Assembly (NCBI GenBank): GCA_965198225.1
Contig: CBDAOY010000002.1
Span: 17,480-81,479 of the forward strand
From: Terriglobia bacterium
GTDB lineage: Bacteria; Acidobacteriota; Terriglobia; 20CM-2-55-15
Direction: 5' to 3'
DNA: 64,000 bases
The translations under genes and the position numbers were made by a program. Each line of letters begins with the position of its first letter. The stretch's first letter is position 1. The notes below the pieces were generated by a model that was given only the letters and a program-made list of their open reading frames with translations, did no database searches and was not told the DNA's origin. Positions 30,423 through 41,272 of this stretch are shown piece by piece.

Positions 30423-33242
30423 TCACCGACGCGCTCGCGCCGATTTTCGCCTTGTGCGCTGTCGTTTCGATTTCGTCTTCATCACCGCCGCCAGCGGCGC
30501 GCGCATCTTCTCGTAGAGCATAAACAGGTACTCGACGCGCTCGCGTTCGGAAGTGAAGCGCGGCCGGCGATAGAGGCGATCAACGGCCCGGTCCAGCGCG
30601 TTATGTGCCGTTCGGAGGTTAGGCGGCATCAGGTCAGGGTCGTATAGATCGGCCAAAGTTGCGTCAGCGTGGACAGCACGGGCGTCGAGCACCGCCTGCG
30701 CGACCGGTTCCAGTTTCGATAGGTTCGCGCCCGCAGGTGGAGTGGGGAAGGTGTTGTAGACGAGGCCGATGGAATAGCGGTAGTCGCTCTTTAGTCGCCC
30801 GCCGATGTGCCGCAGCCACGCCATGTGCATGGCCGAGCTCAGAAGCGCGAAGTCCGTAAGAGTCGCGTCATTTAGAAGACGCACGAGATTGCTGGGAATG
30901 GTCGGCGGCTCAAGCCAGCCGATGGGCGCATACTCCCGCCGCTCCGAACTGGATTCCGGGATGACCAGGAAGGGTGCGCTGGGGATGACATCAACGTTGT
31001 ACCGCGTCGGATAATCGACAATCGCCAAGGTGCTCTTGCGCTTGCTTTTCGCCCGAAAACGGCTGACCGCAGCCATGCGCTCCCGCACGCGAGGAAGATT
31101 CTTCAACGTCGGCGGCGATGCTTCCTGCAACGCCAGAATCCAGCGCTCGCCTCCTTGCAGGTATTCACGAGCACCGACATAGGGGCGAAGAAAGCGCGCG
31201 GCATCCGGCTCGGCTTCCAACAGTGCGGCGCGCTCCTCCGCATTGAAGATGTACTCGCCGTCATCGATGGGCTGGCTTCCGCTAATCAGCCTACCCATCC
31301 CGTTGATCGGCGCACTCTCTTCCCGCACCACGAGATGCGGGTCGGACAGCCCGCCGGCGTCGAACAGGTAGGGCGACAGCACCGCGTGGCCGCTTTCCTC
31401 CGGCTCGCCGTTGATGTCGGGATAGCTGAACAGGCGCTTCTCCGGTCGCGCAGCCTCCCGCCGGTCGAGGCCGAGAATGACGACATGAACGTGCGCCTTG
31501 CCGCGTGCGTCCGATCCCCACGCGAACGTGCGGTGAGCGAACGCGATCTCCAGCTTGCAGCGCTCGAACAGGACCGGCCAGAGTTGCGCGACCTGCTCGC
31601 CCTGCGTGATCGAATTGGTCGCGACGAAGCCGATCCGCGCGCGGCTGCCCCTCACATACTCTCCCGCCTTGATGAACCACGCGGCGACGTAATCGAGCGT
31701 GCCGCCGCTCTTGCCGAGCGCAGCGATCCCGCGCACCAGCGCGCGTTGTTCCACCGTCTGATACTTCGCACCGACAAACGGCGGATTGCCAAACACGTAG
31801 GAGCAATCTTCCGGAGGCAACAGGTCTGTCCATTCGGTTTCCAGCGCATCGGCGTTCCAGATATGCGGCGAGCCTTCAAGCGGAATGCGGACGTAGCTCT
31901 GACCAAACGCCAGGCTCAACCGGTTGTTCATGATGTGATCCATCATCCACAGCGCGGTCTCGGCGATGCGGGCCGGAAACTCGCCGATCTCAATGCCGTA
32001 AAACTGGTCCACGGTGATCCATGACAGAAGTTCGGCAGTCGTGAGCGCCTGTTGTTCCTCATCGCCCCGGCCGCGGCGCAATTCCCGGATCAGTTCAATT
32101 TCCAGTTCCCGCAATTCCCGATAGGCAATGATTAGGAAATTGCCGCAACCGCAAGCAGGATCGAAGAACTTCATTTCGCCCAGCCGCTTCTGAAAGGCTT
32201 TCAGTTCGACACGGCGGCGAGTCTTACGCGCCCTGAGCCGTTTGAATTCCACTCTCAGATCGTCGAGAAACAGCGCCCCGATCACCTTCAGGATGTTCTT
32301 CTCAGTTGTGTAGTGGGCACCCTGGGCGCGTCGCTCAGCAGAGTCCATCACAGACTGAAAGAGTGCACCGAAAATGGCAGGGGAGATGGCCGACCAGTCG
32401 AAGCGGCAGGCGTCGATCACCGCCGTCCGCATCGCCGCGTCGAAATCGGGAATGGAGAGCTTGTCCGCGAACAGGTCGCCATTGACATAGGGAAAGCGGG
32501 AGAGGTCTTCATCAATCTTGGCCTGACGTTGGGCTACGGGCGTATCCAGCACCTGGGACAACCGCGCCAGCCATCCGCCGAGGTCTGAGCCGTCTTCCTG
32601 GGTCCGGTTCTCCAGCAGGTCCAGAAAGATGTCGCGCGGCTCGAAGATGCCGGTGTCATCGGCGAATAGGCAGAACACTGTGCGAACCAGGAACAATTCC
32701 AGGTCATGGCCGCCGTAACCGGACGCCTCAAGTGCGTCATGCAACCGCCCAATTACCTCTGCTGCTTCGACGTTGACTGGGTCTTGATCGCGGAAGGACC
32801 GGCGCTGCACGCCCAGAATGAAGGAGAACCTCTCGATATGGCTGGGCAGGTCCGCTATGGCGAAATCGATGTGTTCGTCTTCGTCCAGGTCGTGAAGCTC
32901 GAACGTCTGGAAGTCGCTGACCAAGATATGGCGCGGACGGTCCCTCTCAGGCAGGCCGTCGAAATACTCCCCGGCCTGCCCGTAGGCGCGATTGAGATCG
33001 CGTCCCGCACTCTTCTGCTCGACGATCAGGACACCCGGCCAGAACAGGTCGATGAACCCGGATCGGTCATCCAGCTTCCGTACATGCGCTTCGTAGCGCG
33101 CGACGGTCCGCCGACGCACATCGAAGATCTCGAAGAACTCGTTGTAAAAGCTCTGCGTCTCGCCTTCCTCGTAGGCCGCATCCTGCCACTCTTCCGCGAA
33201 GCGGGCCGCACGTGCACGCATTTCGTTCCAGGACAGACGCAT
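30423..33242 (-). CDS. MmeI-like type IIL restriction-modification enzyme (m6A MTase plus endonuclease)
   Basis: IDLFWPGVLIVEQKS nuclease, GAHYT, FDPACGCGNF, GNPPF, GGRLKSDYRYS, LADLYDPDLMP. Confidence 0.92.
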   Translation of the reverse strand: MRLSWNEMRARAARFAEEWQDAAYEEGETQSFYNEFFEIFDVRRRTVARYEAHVRKLDDRSGFIDLFWPGVLIVEQKSAGRDLNRAYGQAGEYFDGLPERDRPRHILVSDFQTFELHDLDEDEHIDFAIADLPSHIERFSFILGVQRRSFRDQDPVNVEAAEVIGRLHDALEASGYGGHDLELFLVRTVFCLFADDTGIFEPRDIFLDLLENRTQEDGSDLGGWLARLSQVLDTPVAQRQAKIDEDLSRFPYVNGDLFADKLSIPDFDAAMRTAVIDACRFDWSAISPAIFGALFQSVMDSAERRAQGAHYTTEKNILKVIGALFLDDLRVEFKRLRARKTRRRVELKAFQKRLGEMKFFDPACGCGNFLIIAYRELRELEIELIRELRRGRGDEEQQALTTAELLSWITVDQFYGIEIGEFPARIAETALWMMDHIMNNRLSLAFGQSYVRIPLEGSPHIWNADALETEWTDLLPPEDCSYVFGNPPFVGAKYQTVEQRALVRGIAALGKSGGTLDYVAAWFIKAGEYVRGSRARIGFVATNSITQGEQVAQLWPVLFERCKLEIAFAHRTFAWGSDARGKAHVHVVILGLDRREAARPEKRLFSYPDINGEPEESGHAVLSPYLFDAGGLSDPHLVVREESAPINGMGRLISGSQPIDDGEYIFNAEERAALLEAEPDAARFLRPYVGAREYLQGGERWILALQEASPPTLKNLPRVRERMAAVSRFRAKSKRKSTLAIVDYPTRYNVDVIPSAPFLVIPESSSERREYAPIGWLEPPTIPSNLVRLLNDATLTDFALLSSAMHMAWLRHIGGRLKSDYRYSIGLVYNTFPTPPAGANLSKLEPVAQAVLDARAVHADATLADLYDPDLMPPNLRTAHNALDRAVDRLYRRPRFTSERERVEYLFMLYEKMRAPLAAVMKTKSKRQRTRRKSARARR

Positions 33243-33339
33243 GGTCTAAGGGTCTTCCATTTCAGACATGTCGAAATAATCCTCGGGCTGCCGTGGTGAT
33301 GGCGACCATAGTGTACCATCTAATGTTACACTTCCTTTT

Positions 33340-33618
33340 ATGATCAAGGGGTTCGCTTCCAAGGTCCTCAGGAGGGCGTTTGAAGATGGACACTATCGGA
33401 AGATCAACCCTCAATGGAGGTCCAGGGTTGAACTCCTTCTGGACGCACTGGACGCGGCAGAGAAAGTGGGAGACTTGAACCTGCTAACGCTCGGCGCCCA
33501 CCCGCTGAAGGGCAACCGAAAGGGTGAGTGGGGAATGACCGTGACGAAGAACTGGAGAATTACCTTCAGATTCGAGGCGGGAGACGCCATCGATGTAAAC
33601 CTGGAAGATTATCACTAG
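33340..33618 (+). CDS. higB: HigB (RelE-fold) toxin
   Basis: HPLKGNRKGEW..VTKNWRITFRF..VNLEDYH. Confidence 0.9.
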   Translation: MIKGFASKVLRRAFEDGHYRKINPQWRSRVELLLDALDAAEKVGDLNLLTLGAHPLKGNRKGEWGMTVTKNWRITFRFEAGDAIDVNLEDYH

Positions 33619-33633
33619 AACGGAGGGCGCGAC

Positions 33634-33936
33634 ATGGCTAGAAGTCTGGAGAGACGACCGACGCATCCAGGCCGGTTGCTACGGAGCGAGATCGAGGCTC
33701 GGGAACTCAATCAGGGGCAGGTGGCGGATCTTGTCGGCGTCGGGCGCAGGACCATTAACGAGATATGCCAAGGACGAAGACCGATGAGCACCGACATGGC
33801 GCACCGGATCGGGAAGCTCTTCGGCAACGGTCCGACGCTCTGGGTCAACATGCAGAAGTCGATTGACATCTGGGACGCTGAACGCGAGCACTCGACAGAA
33901 TACGCAAAGATTCAGACCTTGGAGATAGTTCGATAA
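33634..33936 (+). CDS. higA: HigA antitoxin
   Basis: PTHPGRLL, HTH, LWVNMQ. Confidence 0.9.
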   Translation: MARSLERRPTHPGRLLRSEIEARELNQGQVADLVGVGRRTINEICQGRRPMSTDMAHRIGKLFGNGPTLWVNMQKSIDIWDAEREHSTEYAKIQTLEIVR

Positions 33937-34019
33937 AGCGCGCTTGTCATTTGGTTTTAGGGGTTCTGGCGCAGATAGGATTGTCGGAGCGATAAGATCA
34001 GGAGTGCGCTACGGCGATG

Positions 34020-34490
34020 CGGACTATGCTGCCATGACGTGCCGCCAGATCACCCCAGGGATTCGACCGCCAGCTCTGCATCGAGGCGTTACAGATGGCC
34101 ATCGCAGCGCGTCTCGACACCCGGGGCTGCATCCATCATTCAGATCGGGGCGTGCAGTATGCCTCCGACGACTACATCGACATCTTGCGAACACACGGCT
34201 TCCAGATCAGCATGTCGGCGAAGGGCAATCCCGGGGACAACGCTTTCGTGGAGTCGTTCTTCAAGACGTTGAAGTACGAGGAGATCCATCTCTGGAACTA
34301 CGAGACCTACGAGGACGTGATCGAACGTGTCCCATACTTCATCGAGGAGGTCTACAATCGCAAGCGGCTGCACTCCTCAATCGGCTATCGTCCGCCGATC
34401 GAGTTCGAGCAGCTCGTGAACTTGAAACGCGCCGATCGGCCTATTCTCAATCTTTGACGAAATCTGTCCAGTTTTGGGGGCGCACTCCCC
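34020..34490 (+). mobile_element. IS3-family transposase 3' fragment with right end
   Basis: HHSDRGVQY, DNAFVESFFKTLKYEE, YNRKRLHSSIGY. Confidence 0.85.
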
Positions 34491-34717
34491 CCTTGGGCTA
34501 CTGGTCGGCGCCAGTCCGGTTGAGGCGCTCCCACTTGAGAGGCCAACGATAACTAAAGTTCTCGTTCTGAGTGGAGTGTTCCATCCCCCGTCCCGCCTGT
34601 GGAAACGTGGTATCCGGTTTCGTTTCATGATGGACCCGGTCATCGGAAAAGGCAGGATGACTAACGAGTGCTCCCCTGTGCGATCTGGCCAAGGCCGGGC
34701 AAAGCTGTGAAGAACAC

Positions 34718-36418
34718 TCATGGTCCGGTAGCAATCGCGACGAGCCCCTGCTCCACTTCTTCGTTCCGGTCTACGTTGATCACGACGCCTCGATTCCAAT
34801 AAGGCGCCATGAACCGGTCGTTCATCCATGCGCGATGGGGGATCATGGTGAAGGCGAACAGCCTATAGGCACCTGGGCGGATACGGCGGATCGTGAACCG
34901 GCCGGACTGGTCCGGGTAGACGGTCTTGTACGCTTCCTGGTCGCCCCTAAAGGGCTGTCCCGGCACGAGAACAACGTGCGCCTGGCCCATCGCATTGCCC
35001 TGCTGGTCGGTCACAGCGCCTTGGATTTGGCCGCCGCCTCGTCGTAATTCCAGCACCAGTTCGCCTGGAGGGTCTCCGCTTAGATCGAATGCCCGGCCGA
35101 GGATGTTTTCGGCTCCCAATCGGGCGGCTGCCAGGTAGACATCTTCCGGGGGCCTCGGCGTCAGGACGAGTCGGTAGCGCCCGCGAGCGGCGGCGGGGAT
35201 CTCAAACGTACCGTCCGCTTCCACCATCTGGTTTCGCCCAAGAAAAGCAGTTGGTGCGAGAATTCCGGGCTTCTCGTCTGCAGCAAACAGCAGTGGTATG
35301 AACTGCGTCAGGTCGATTGGCGAAGCGGACAAGGACTCATCCGTCAGGATCCGGCCCGTGAGCAACACACCGGGGTCGATCGTCACCGTCAGACCCGTCA
35401 CGTCCCGATCAAATACATCCACAGAGGTCGAGCCCGAGTAGAAGGTGATCTCGGGAGGTCGGCCGATCCCGTAAGCGGCATACAGGGTGTAGGACCCTGG
35501 TGGCACGCCCCGAATCTCAAACTCATCATCTCCAGTCGCGTAGTTTCGGAGTGACTCCGGTCGCTCCCCGAGTGCGCAGTCCCGCGGCACCAAATAGAAA
35601 GTATCGATCCGGCTCGAACCATCGGACGTGAGTGGATTTATCGTTCGACCGAGAACGCGGACCTTCGGTACGGCGTTGAAGGTGAAGTCGATTGCTGTCA
35701 GCTCCAATCCCGGCAGCACCTGTACCGATACGGCCTCCGCGGCGCTCGCGACGCCGGGATAGTAAGTCGGCGCCATGGTTTTCACCACCATGGGGGAGCG
35801 CCGCGTTTCAGACGGATCGTACGCCACGCGGACGTAGTAGGACCCTGGTGCGAGTCCAAAGAAACGGTACTGACCACGATCATCTGTTTTAGCTGGTTCA
35901 AAGCGGCCTGGTTCAAAGGGGTTCGGCTCCGCATCCGACAGAACGCGACAACCGCTTCCACTGTACAGGGACTGGAGCAGCCGGACTTCGGCCCCTGCCA
36001 GTGGCTGTCCGTCTTGTCGATATATGCGGCCGGCGAGGACGCCAGCCCGTATCAGCCGAAACACGACGTGTGGAACTGGCTGATCCAGAGTGACGTCGAT
36101 AGTCGCGGTTGGCCGATCCGGTGTCGTTTGTCCGTATTGTTGTGGCACGTAGGCCGCGTGTTGAGCCTGAAGTCGGTAGCGCCCGGGCTCGATTTCCTCA
36201 AACCGAAAACGCCCCCCCTCCCCGCTTCTTGTGTCCCACTCGCCCCGACTTTCTAGTCGGGTGAGAACTAGTCTCGCACCCCGGACAGGCTGACCCCCGG
36301 AGTCCAGGGTCACGCCTGAAATTGATCCTACCTGCGGTTCCGCCAAAGGTTGCTGTGCCATCCCCGCAGGGGTAACTACCAGCAGACAAAGGAGGGTGGC
36401 CAGAATCGATCGGATCAT
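34718..36418 (-). CDS. Secreted protein with carboxypeptidase-regulatory-like (transthyretin-like) repeats
   Basis: Signal peptide; TDDRGQYRFFGLAPGSYYV; PTYYPGV. Confidence 0.8.
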   Translation of the reverse strand: MIRSILATLLCLLVVTPAGMAQQPLAEPQVGSISGVTLDSGGQPVRGARLVLTRLESRGEWDTRSGEGGRFRFEEIEPGRYRLQAQHAAYVPQQYGQTTPDRPTATIDVTLDQPVPHVVFRLIRAGVLAGRIYRQDGQPLAGAEVRLLQSLYSGSGCRVLSDAEPNPFEPGRFEPAKTDDRGQYRFFGLAPGSYYVRVAYDPSETRRSPMVVKTMAPTYYPGVASAAEAVSVQVLPGLELTAIDFTFNAVPKVRVLGRTINPLTSDGSSRIDTFYLVPRDCALGERPESLRNYATGDDEFEIRGVPPGSYTLYAAYGIGRPPEITFYSGSTSVDVFDRDVTGLTVTIDPGVLLTGRILTDESLSASPIDLTQFIPLLFAADEKPGILAPTAFLGRNQMVEADGTFEIPAAARGRYRLVLTPRPPEDVYLAAARLGAENILGRAFDLSGDPPGELVLELRRGGGQIQGAVTDQQGNAMGQAHVVLVPGQPFRGDQEAYKTVYPDQSGRFTIRRIRPGAYRLFAFTMIPHRAWMNDRFMAPYWNRGVVINVDRNEEVEQGLVAIATGP

Positions 36419-36485
36419 AGTGCCCTCATTTGTCGGTTTCCAACCTCATTCCTTCTCTCCGGTCCGCGCGAAACCTTATTCGCTA

Positions 36486-36532
36486 ACCCCGTGTTGACAA
36501 CAAGGGACTTACGCCGTCCGACAGGCTGCTAG
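36486..36532 (-). repeat. Partial copy of the CTAG-flanked MITE at 57987
   Basis: Reverse complement reads CTAGCAGCCTGTCGGAC-GGCGTAAGTCCCTTGTTGTCAACACGGGG. Confidence 0.7.
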
Positions 36533-37010
36533 AGACGTGAACAACCCCATCGTCTTATTCAGTCCTCCGTGGCCTGGGCACCTCTATTCCTTGGACTTGG
36601 CACGCCGGTCAACGGTTGGCCAACAAAGATCGCGACCCGAGAGACCGCCCCCCCAAGCGCCTGATCCTTTATCATTATGTCCCGGGATGCCGTCCTTCGT
36701 GTACCGTCCCGCGTCCCCGGCTATGTTTCCCCTTCAGGGGCGAAGGACGCCTCCGCGGGACCACCGCCGCCGGCTGCAGATCTGGACGATCGGTGTTCGT
36801 CGACTCAGCCCCGTCCGATGCGAAGGGCATGCACGATGGCAAGCAGCCAGACAAGATGCCCCAGAAAACAGCTAGGCCGGGGTATCGATCAACCAGCGGG
36901 AGCGACACGGCGGCGGCTACGTACACGGCCCCGACCGCGATCCACTTCGGTTTCAATCTCACGGTTCCTCAAAATCGGCTCGGGCAGGGGTGCGTCGCGG
37001 AATCCAAGGG

Positions 37011-37826
37011 TCAGTCCAGAAAGGCGGCGGTCATGACCAATATCATTGCACTCTCGCCAACGGTGGCTTTACCGACGACGACCTGCTGGCCCTCCGGGAT
37101 GTTCACGTCTGTATGGATTCGGGCGTCGACGTATTGAGTCCGCACGACAGGAGGGTCGGTGTCACCGGCGGACTGCGGCTGAAAGTTTCCCGATGGCACT
37201 GGGAAACGAAAGCTGCTTCTCATCTCCGTCAGTTGCAGCACAGCCGCGCCAAGCTCCGGAGCGACGATTTTGAAATTGGCGCGGAAGTTGTAGAAGATGG
37301 GCATGTCCGGAAACGTGCCTAACGGGGGAGGCCTGAGTGCCCCTCCCGTGTCTGCATGACGGCCATCGATTGCCCGGAGCAGGACTGTGTCGAGAATCTC
37401 GAAGTTGGAATAAGAAAAGATCCTCCTAAGCTGTTCGACAACGGGTCGAACAGGACCGGGCAGCGGGTCTGATTCCGTGTGGTCGTTGCCGCTCAGGATA
37501 TACACGGTCAGTTCCACAGCGCGTGGGACTGTAAGCACATCCAGCCGGGTAATGGTTTCTTCGATGGCAGTCATGATCTCGGGCCGGGAGCGGACCGTGA
37601 GGGTCTGGAGATCGTCGTTGCTTCTGAAATCGGCCGAAAAGAGCGACAGCGTCGCTTCCAGCGAGGTCGGCTCCAAGTGCTTGATCTGGAATACACGCGT
37701 AAGCAACTCCTGAGCTTCAGCCGTGGGGGGCCCACCCAGCAGCATCATCGTGACAACCGCCGACAAGACGATTTGGGAATAGACCTTCATCATACGCCTC
37801 CTTTGTTCCGCGACCATCTCATTCAT
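37011..37826 (-). CDS. Secreted protein with secretin N-domain-like region
   Basis: Signal peptide; VFQIKH..TLTVR..AIEETITRLDV..VELTVYIL; EGQQVVVGK. Confidence 0.65.
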   Translation of the reverse strand: MNEMVAEQRRRMMKVYSQIVLSAVVTMMLLGGPPTAEAQELLTRVFQIKHLEPTSLEATLSLFSADFRSNDDLQTLTVRSRPEIMTAIEETITRLDVLTVPRAVELTVYILSGNDHTESDPLPGPVRPVVEQLRRIFSYSNFEILDTVLLRAIDGRHADTGGALRPPPLGTFPDMPIFYNFRANFKIVAPELGAAVLQLTEMRSSFRFPVPSGNFQPQSAGDTDPPVVRTQYVDARIHTDVNIPEGQQVVVGKATVGESAMILVMTAAFLD

Positions 37827-38052
37827 TGGACTAGCCCGGCCTGGCGGCGTGCTTCCAGAAAACTTGTGTTGTCAGCCGACGGCCCCTCCCCATCGCGACC
37901 CGAGCGGCCAGTCCCCCTATATTGTCCGGTCAGCAAAGGATCGATCTCCAGCAAATCCGCCCCCCCCCCGCCGTGTCACCAACATCATAGTCGGGGAACC
38001 GGCCGCGTCACTGTTTGAACTTCCTTCCGGTAAACTGGCGGGGTTACCATCC

Positions 38053-38194
38053 CATACTGCCAAGGAGGAAAACGGGCTTGAGTCGGCGAGATGCGTCTTG
38101 TAAGTATCTTCGGATGAAGAGCCCATTTCGCTATTTCAAGACCTGGCCCGAGATCATTCGGCTTGCCGTGATGATGTATGTTCGTTTCCCGCTG
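38053..38194 (+). mobile_element. IS6-family 5' remnant, in frame with the downstream gene
   Basis: MKSPFRYFKTWPEIIRLAVMMYVRFPL matches the IS6 transposase N-terminus. Confidence 0.75.
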
Positions 38195-38200
38195 GAGACT

Positions 38201-39868
38201 ATGATGATGTGGGTTAGGTGCCTGGCTTGTGGGCGGCCATCTCGACGATTGCTGAGGAGCCTTCGATTGCTCGTTGCCTTGATTGTTATCTACTTGGCGA
38301 CAGTTCCAATCGGTTCCGCACAGGAGAGAGGAGGCGTCGTAAAGGGAAGAGTTATCAGTGCCGCCAGCGGAGCTCCGATCGTCGGCGCAGATGTGTTTCT
38401 TAGAACCACCCCGGGTCGCGAAATTGCTACCAAGAGCGATCTTGAGGGTAAATTCCAGTTTGGCAACTTACCGGCGAACGTGTACTTCGTACGGGTCTCC
38501 GCTGAGGGTTACCGCCTGATAGGTGATGCACGGAGGGCAGAACCATCCGTCCGAGTCGACGTTCCGCAGAACGGTGCTGGCATCGATGTGACACTCAGCC
38601 TTGCACCTGGTGGATCTATCCTGGGGCGAGTATACGATGAAAACGGTGCCGGTATCCGGGAGGTGGTGGTCCAAGCTTTTGAGCAGACCCACGATCGATA
38701 TGGTAGCCGTACTCTAAGGAGAGTTGGAGATCGAGTACGAACAGGTGAGAACGGAGAGTTTGTCATTAGTGGGCTAGTTCAAGGGCAGTATTTTCTGCGC
38801 GTCAGAAGAGGATCTAATAGCGAATTAGGTCCTGACTATCCGCCGGTTTTTCACCCTGGCACGACCGACCCTGAAATGGCTTCGCCTGTTGTAATCCCGT
38901 CAAGTTCAGCTGTCGTAGCGGTGGGTATTGATTTCTGGAGACGAGATACAGCAACAATAAGCGGGTCGATCATCAATGAGGTAGATCCTGACAACCGAGA
39001 AGCCATACGGGAGTTCTTCCTTGTGCCGGTCAAAGAAGGCGCAGACCTAAGGGCAGTGAATTCGAGCCCAAGGGACTCGCCCTGGAAGTCGTATCGACTG
39101 GAAGGGGTTCTACCGGGAACTTACGACCTATACGCGGTGTTTAGGCCTGACGACGTTTCGTTCTACGGACGAACAAGAATCGAAGTAGGAGTTGATGATC
39201 AAGATAACGTGAATCTTGTGATTCGTCCCGGCGTCTCGGTGAGTGGACGTGTGACAGTCGGCCAGGCAAACGCCAGCGATGCAGTTACAGACGCAATTAC
39301 TACGATGAACCTGTGGCTGGATCCGATGCATGTAGTAATGATGATTCCTCTGCTGAGTCCTACGATAGAGCCAGACGGGAGCTTTCATATTGAGAACGTT
39401 CCGGACCTGGATTTCTTTATTGCACGGATCGATGGTCTGCCTCGTGGAATGTACGTGCATAACGCACTCTTGGACGGTGTCGACGTGCTGCATCAAAGAT
39501 TCAGGATACAAAGATCGGCTTTCCTGGAGATTCAGCTGGCCGGAGGCGGGGGACATGTCACGGGTGGTGTGCTCGACGACAAACGACACCCGTTCAAGGG
39601 GAAAGCTGTTGTAGGTCTCATCCCGTACCGACGGCCTGGGCCCAACCCGCGGTTTAGTTTTCGAGTCGGCCCAACGCGAACGGGCCAGTTTTCGATCGAT
39701 GCTGTGCCTCCGGGTGAGTACTTGCTCCTGGCTTTGGAAGGAGTCAGAAACCAAACGAGTCTGTTTAATGATCGCTTTATGGCGAGGTACCGTTCTCAGG
39801 CGGAGCGGATAGTAATCGAACCGGGCTCGGTTTTGAGTCAGGATATCGTCGTGATCGCTGTACAGTGA
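38201..39868 (+). CDS. Secreted carboxypeptidase-regulatory-like repeat protein (paralog of 34718-36418)
   Basis: GSILGRVYDENG, TGENGEFVISGL..GQYFL, PVFHPG, VPPGEYLL. Confidence 0.78.
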   Translation: MMMWVRCLACGRPSRRLLRSLRLLVALIVIYLATVPIGSAQERGGVVKGRVISAASGAPIVGADVFLRTTPGREIATKSDLEGKFQFGNLPANVYFVRVSAEGYRLIGDARRAEPSVRVDVPQNGAGIDVTLSLAPGGSILGRVYDENGAGIREVVVQAFEQTHDRYGSRTLRRVGDRVRTGENGEFVISGLVQGQYFLRVRRGSNSELGPDYPPVFHPGTTDPEMASPVVIPSSSAVVAVGIDFWRRDTATISGSIINEVDPDNREAIREFFLVPVKEGADLRAVNSSPRDSPWKSYRLEGVLPGTYDLYAVFRPDDVSFYGRTRIEVGVDDQDNVNLVIRPGVSVSGRVTVGQANASDAVTDAITTMNLWLDPMHVVMMIPLLSPTIEPDGSFHIENVPDLDFFIARIDGLPRGMYVHNALLDGVDVLHQRFRIQRSAFLEIQLAGGGGHVTGGVLDDKRHPFKGKAVVGLIPYRRPGPNPRFSFRVGPTRTGQFSIDAVPPGEYLLLALEGVRNQTSLFNDRFMARYRSQAERIVIEPGSVLSQDIVVIAVQ

Positions 39869-40096
39869 GGGTTACCAGCAGCGAAGGTGTCGAGGCCAGT
39901 TTAACCTAGGAGCGTAAGTCTGTCGGGAATTGGCTCCCTCGAAGCAAGAATCAACAACTTACGAGCCATCCCTGGTCTGTAAGTTGTTGATTCTTGGTTG
40001 CAGACTTCTTATTCCCGACAGGCTCCTAGCAAGACCGGAGGGCCCTGTCTGTACCGGTTTAGTGTTTCCCCGACACCGGGATCGACTAACGCCGAT

Positions 40097-41272
40097 TCAT
40101 TGCTCGAAATCGGGCAGGCCCGACATGCGGACCTGGTGAAGAGGGTTGGTTGTGCGAACATGAATCTTGCCCGACTCGTAAAGGCTGGATTCGGACGCAT
40201 AGAATCCGATTGAGTACTGTGCGCGGATCTCCGCTGCGATTGCATCAAACACGGAATCAATCTCGGCAGTCCAGTCCCCGATGGCCTGGGTCACGTCTAA
40301 CCCATATGTTTTTCCACCACTCTCTCCCGTCAGTGTCGCCATCATGTCACTCGGATACCAAAAGATCTGATCTGGAGTGTAGTAGTCCGCACGCGGGCAA
40401 GTACCGGAGGTGGTCCGAGTTGTCCAAAGAGGAGTGGTCCGAGTTATCCTACGAGTTTTGCTGGAGAAGCTCGGGCGCATCTGCTCGACCAGGCTCGGTG
40501 TCGGTGTCGGGCGCCCGGCCAACATGGCGCGTCTGCGGACAGCAATCCCCGGTTTGAGTTCCTCTTCGACTTCCTCTAGGGGGCCGGCCTGAAGGAGAAT
40601 CCCATAGATAACTACACCGGAGTCTCGGATTTCCGTCCGAAACTGACCTTTGGTTGTGCAGTGAAATCCCGTGATACCGTCACTGATGACGACCAATGCT
40701 TTCTTGTAGTGCTGGCCACGCTTGTGTTTGTCCAGTACATCAACAATCGAGTCCGGGATGTTGGTTGATCTCTTGTAGAACTCCACTTCCCGTAACGCGT
40801 CGTGCATTCTATCGACGTCTCCCGTAAAGTCCTGCAGGAGATCCGCTTCCTGATCAAACTTCATCAAGAAGAATTCATCTCCGCTACGCATGCTTTCAAC
40901 GAACTGTTCAGCTGCGGCCAGAGCTGAGACCCACTTGTTCTTCTGGATCATGCTGCCGCTCGTGTCGATTACAATTCCAAGCGTCACAGGAACGTCCTGA
41001 CTCACGCTCTCAATCCCAAAGTGCTCGATGTTCTGCGGCACCCCGTCGATCTCCACGACGAAATCCTACACATCGAGGTCCGACACCGGTACACCTTCAC
41101 TGTCGGTCACTGTGACGACCAGTTGTTTGAGATTGACGTCCACACGAATGAGTTGTTGCGCGTTGATCCAACTAGGAAGGGCCACCGTCAGCAGCCCGGA
41201 AGTAACAATCATTGTTAAAAGGTAGCGGCTCAGGGTGACTCGATCGGACCCGATTTGTAAGTCGAACTTCAT
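40097..41272 (-). pseudogene. Secreted VWA-domain protein with an in-frame TAG at 41066-41068
   Basis: IRVDVNLKQLVVTVTD..DLDV*DFVVEIDG; MIDAS DTSGSM; ISDG; IRAQYSIGF. Confidence 0.8.

Noticed and set aside
36530-37010. Possible small membrane-protein gene (36675-36962)
   Set aside because: The hydrophobic start decays into low-complexity sequence; no product can be supported
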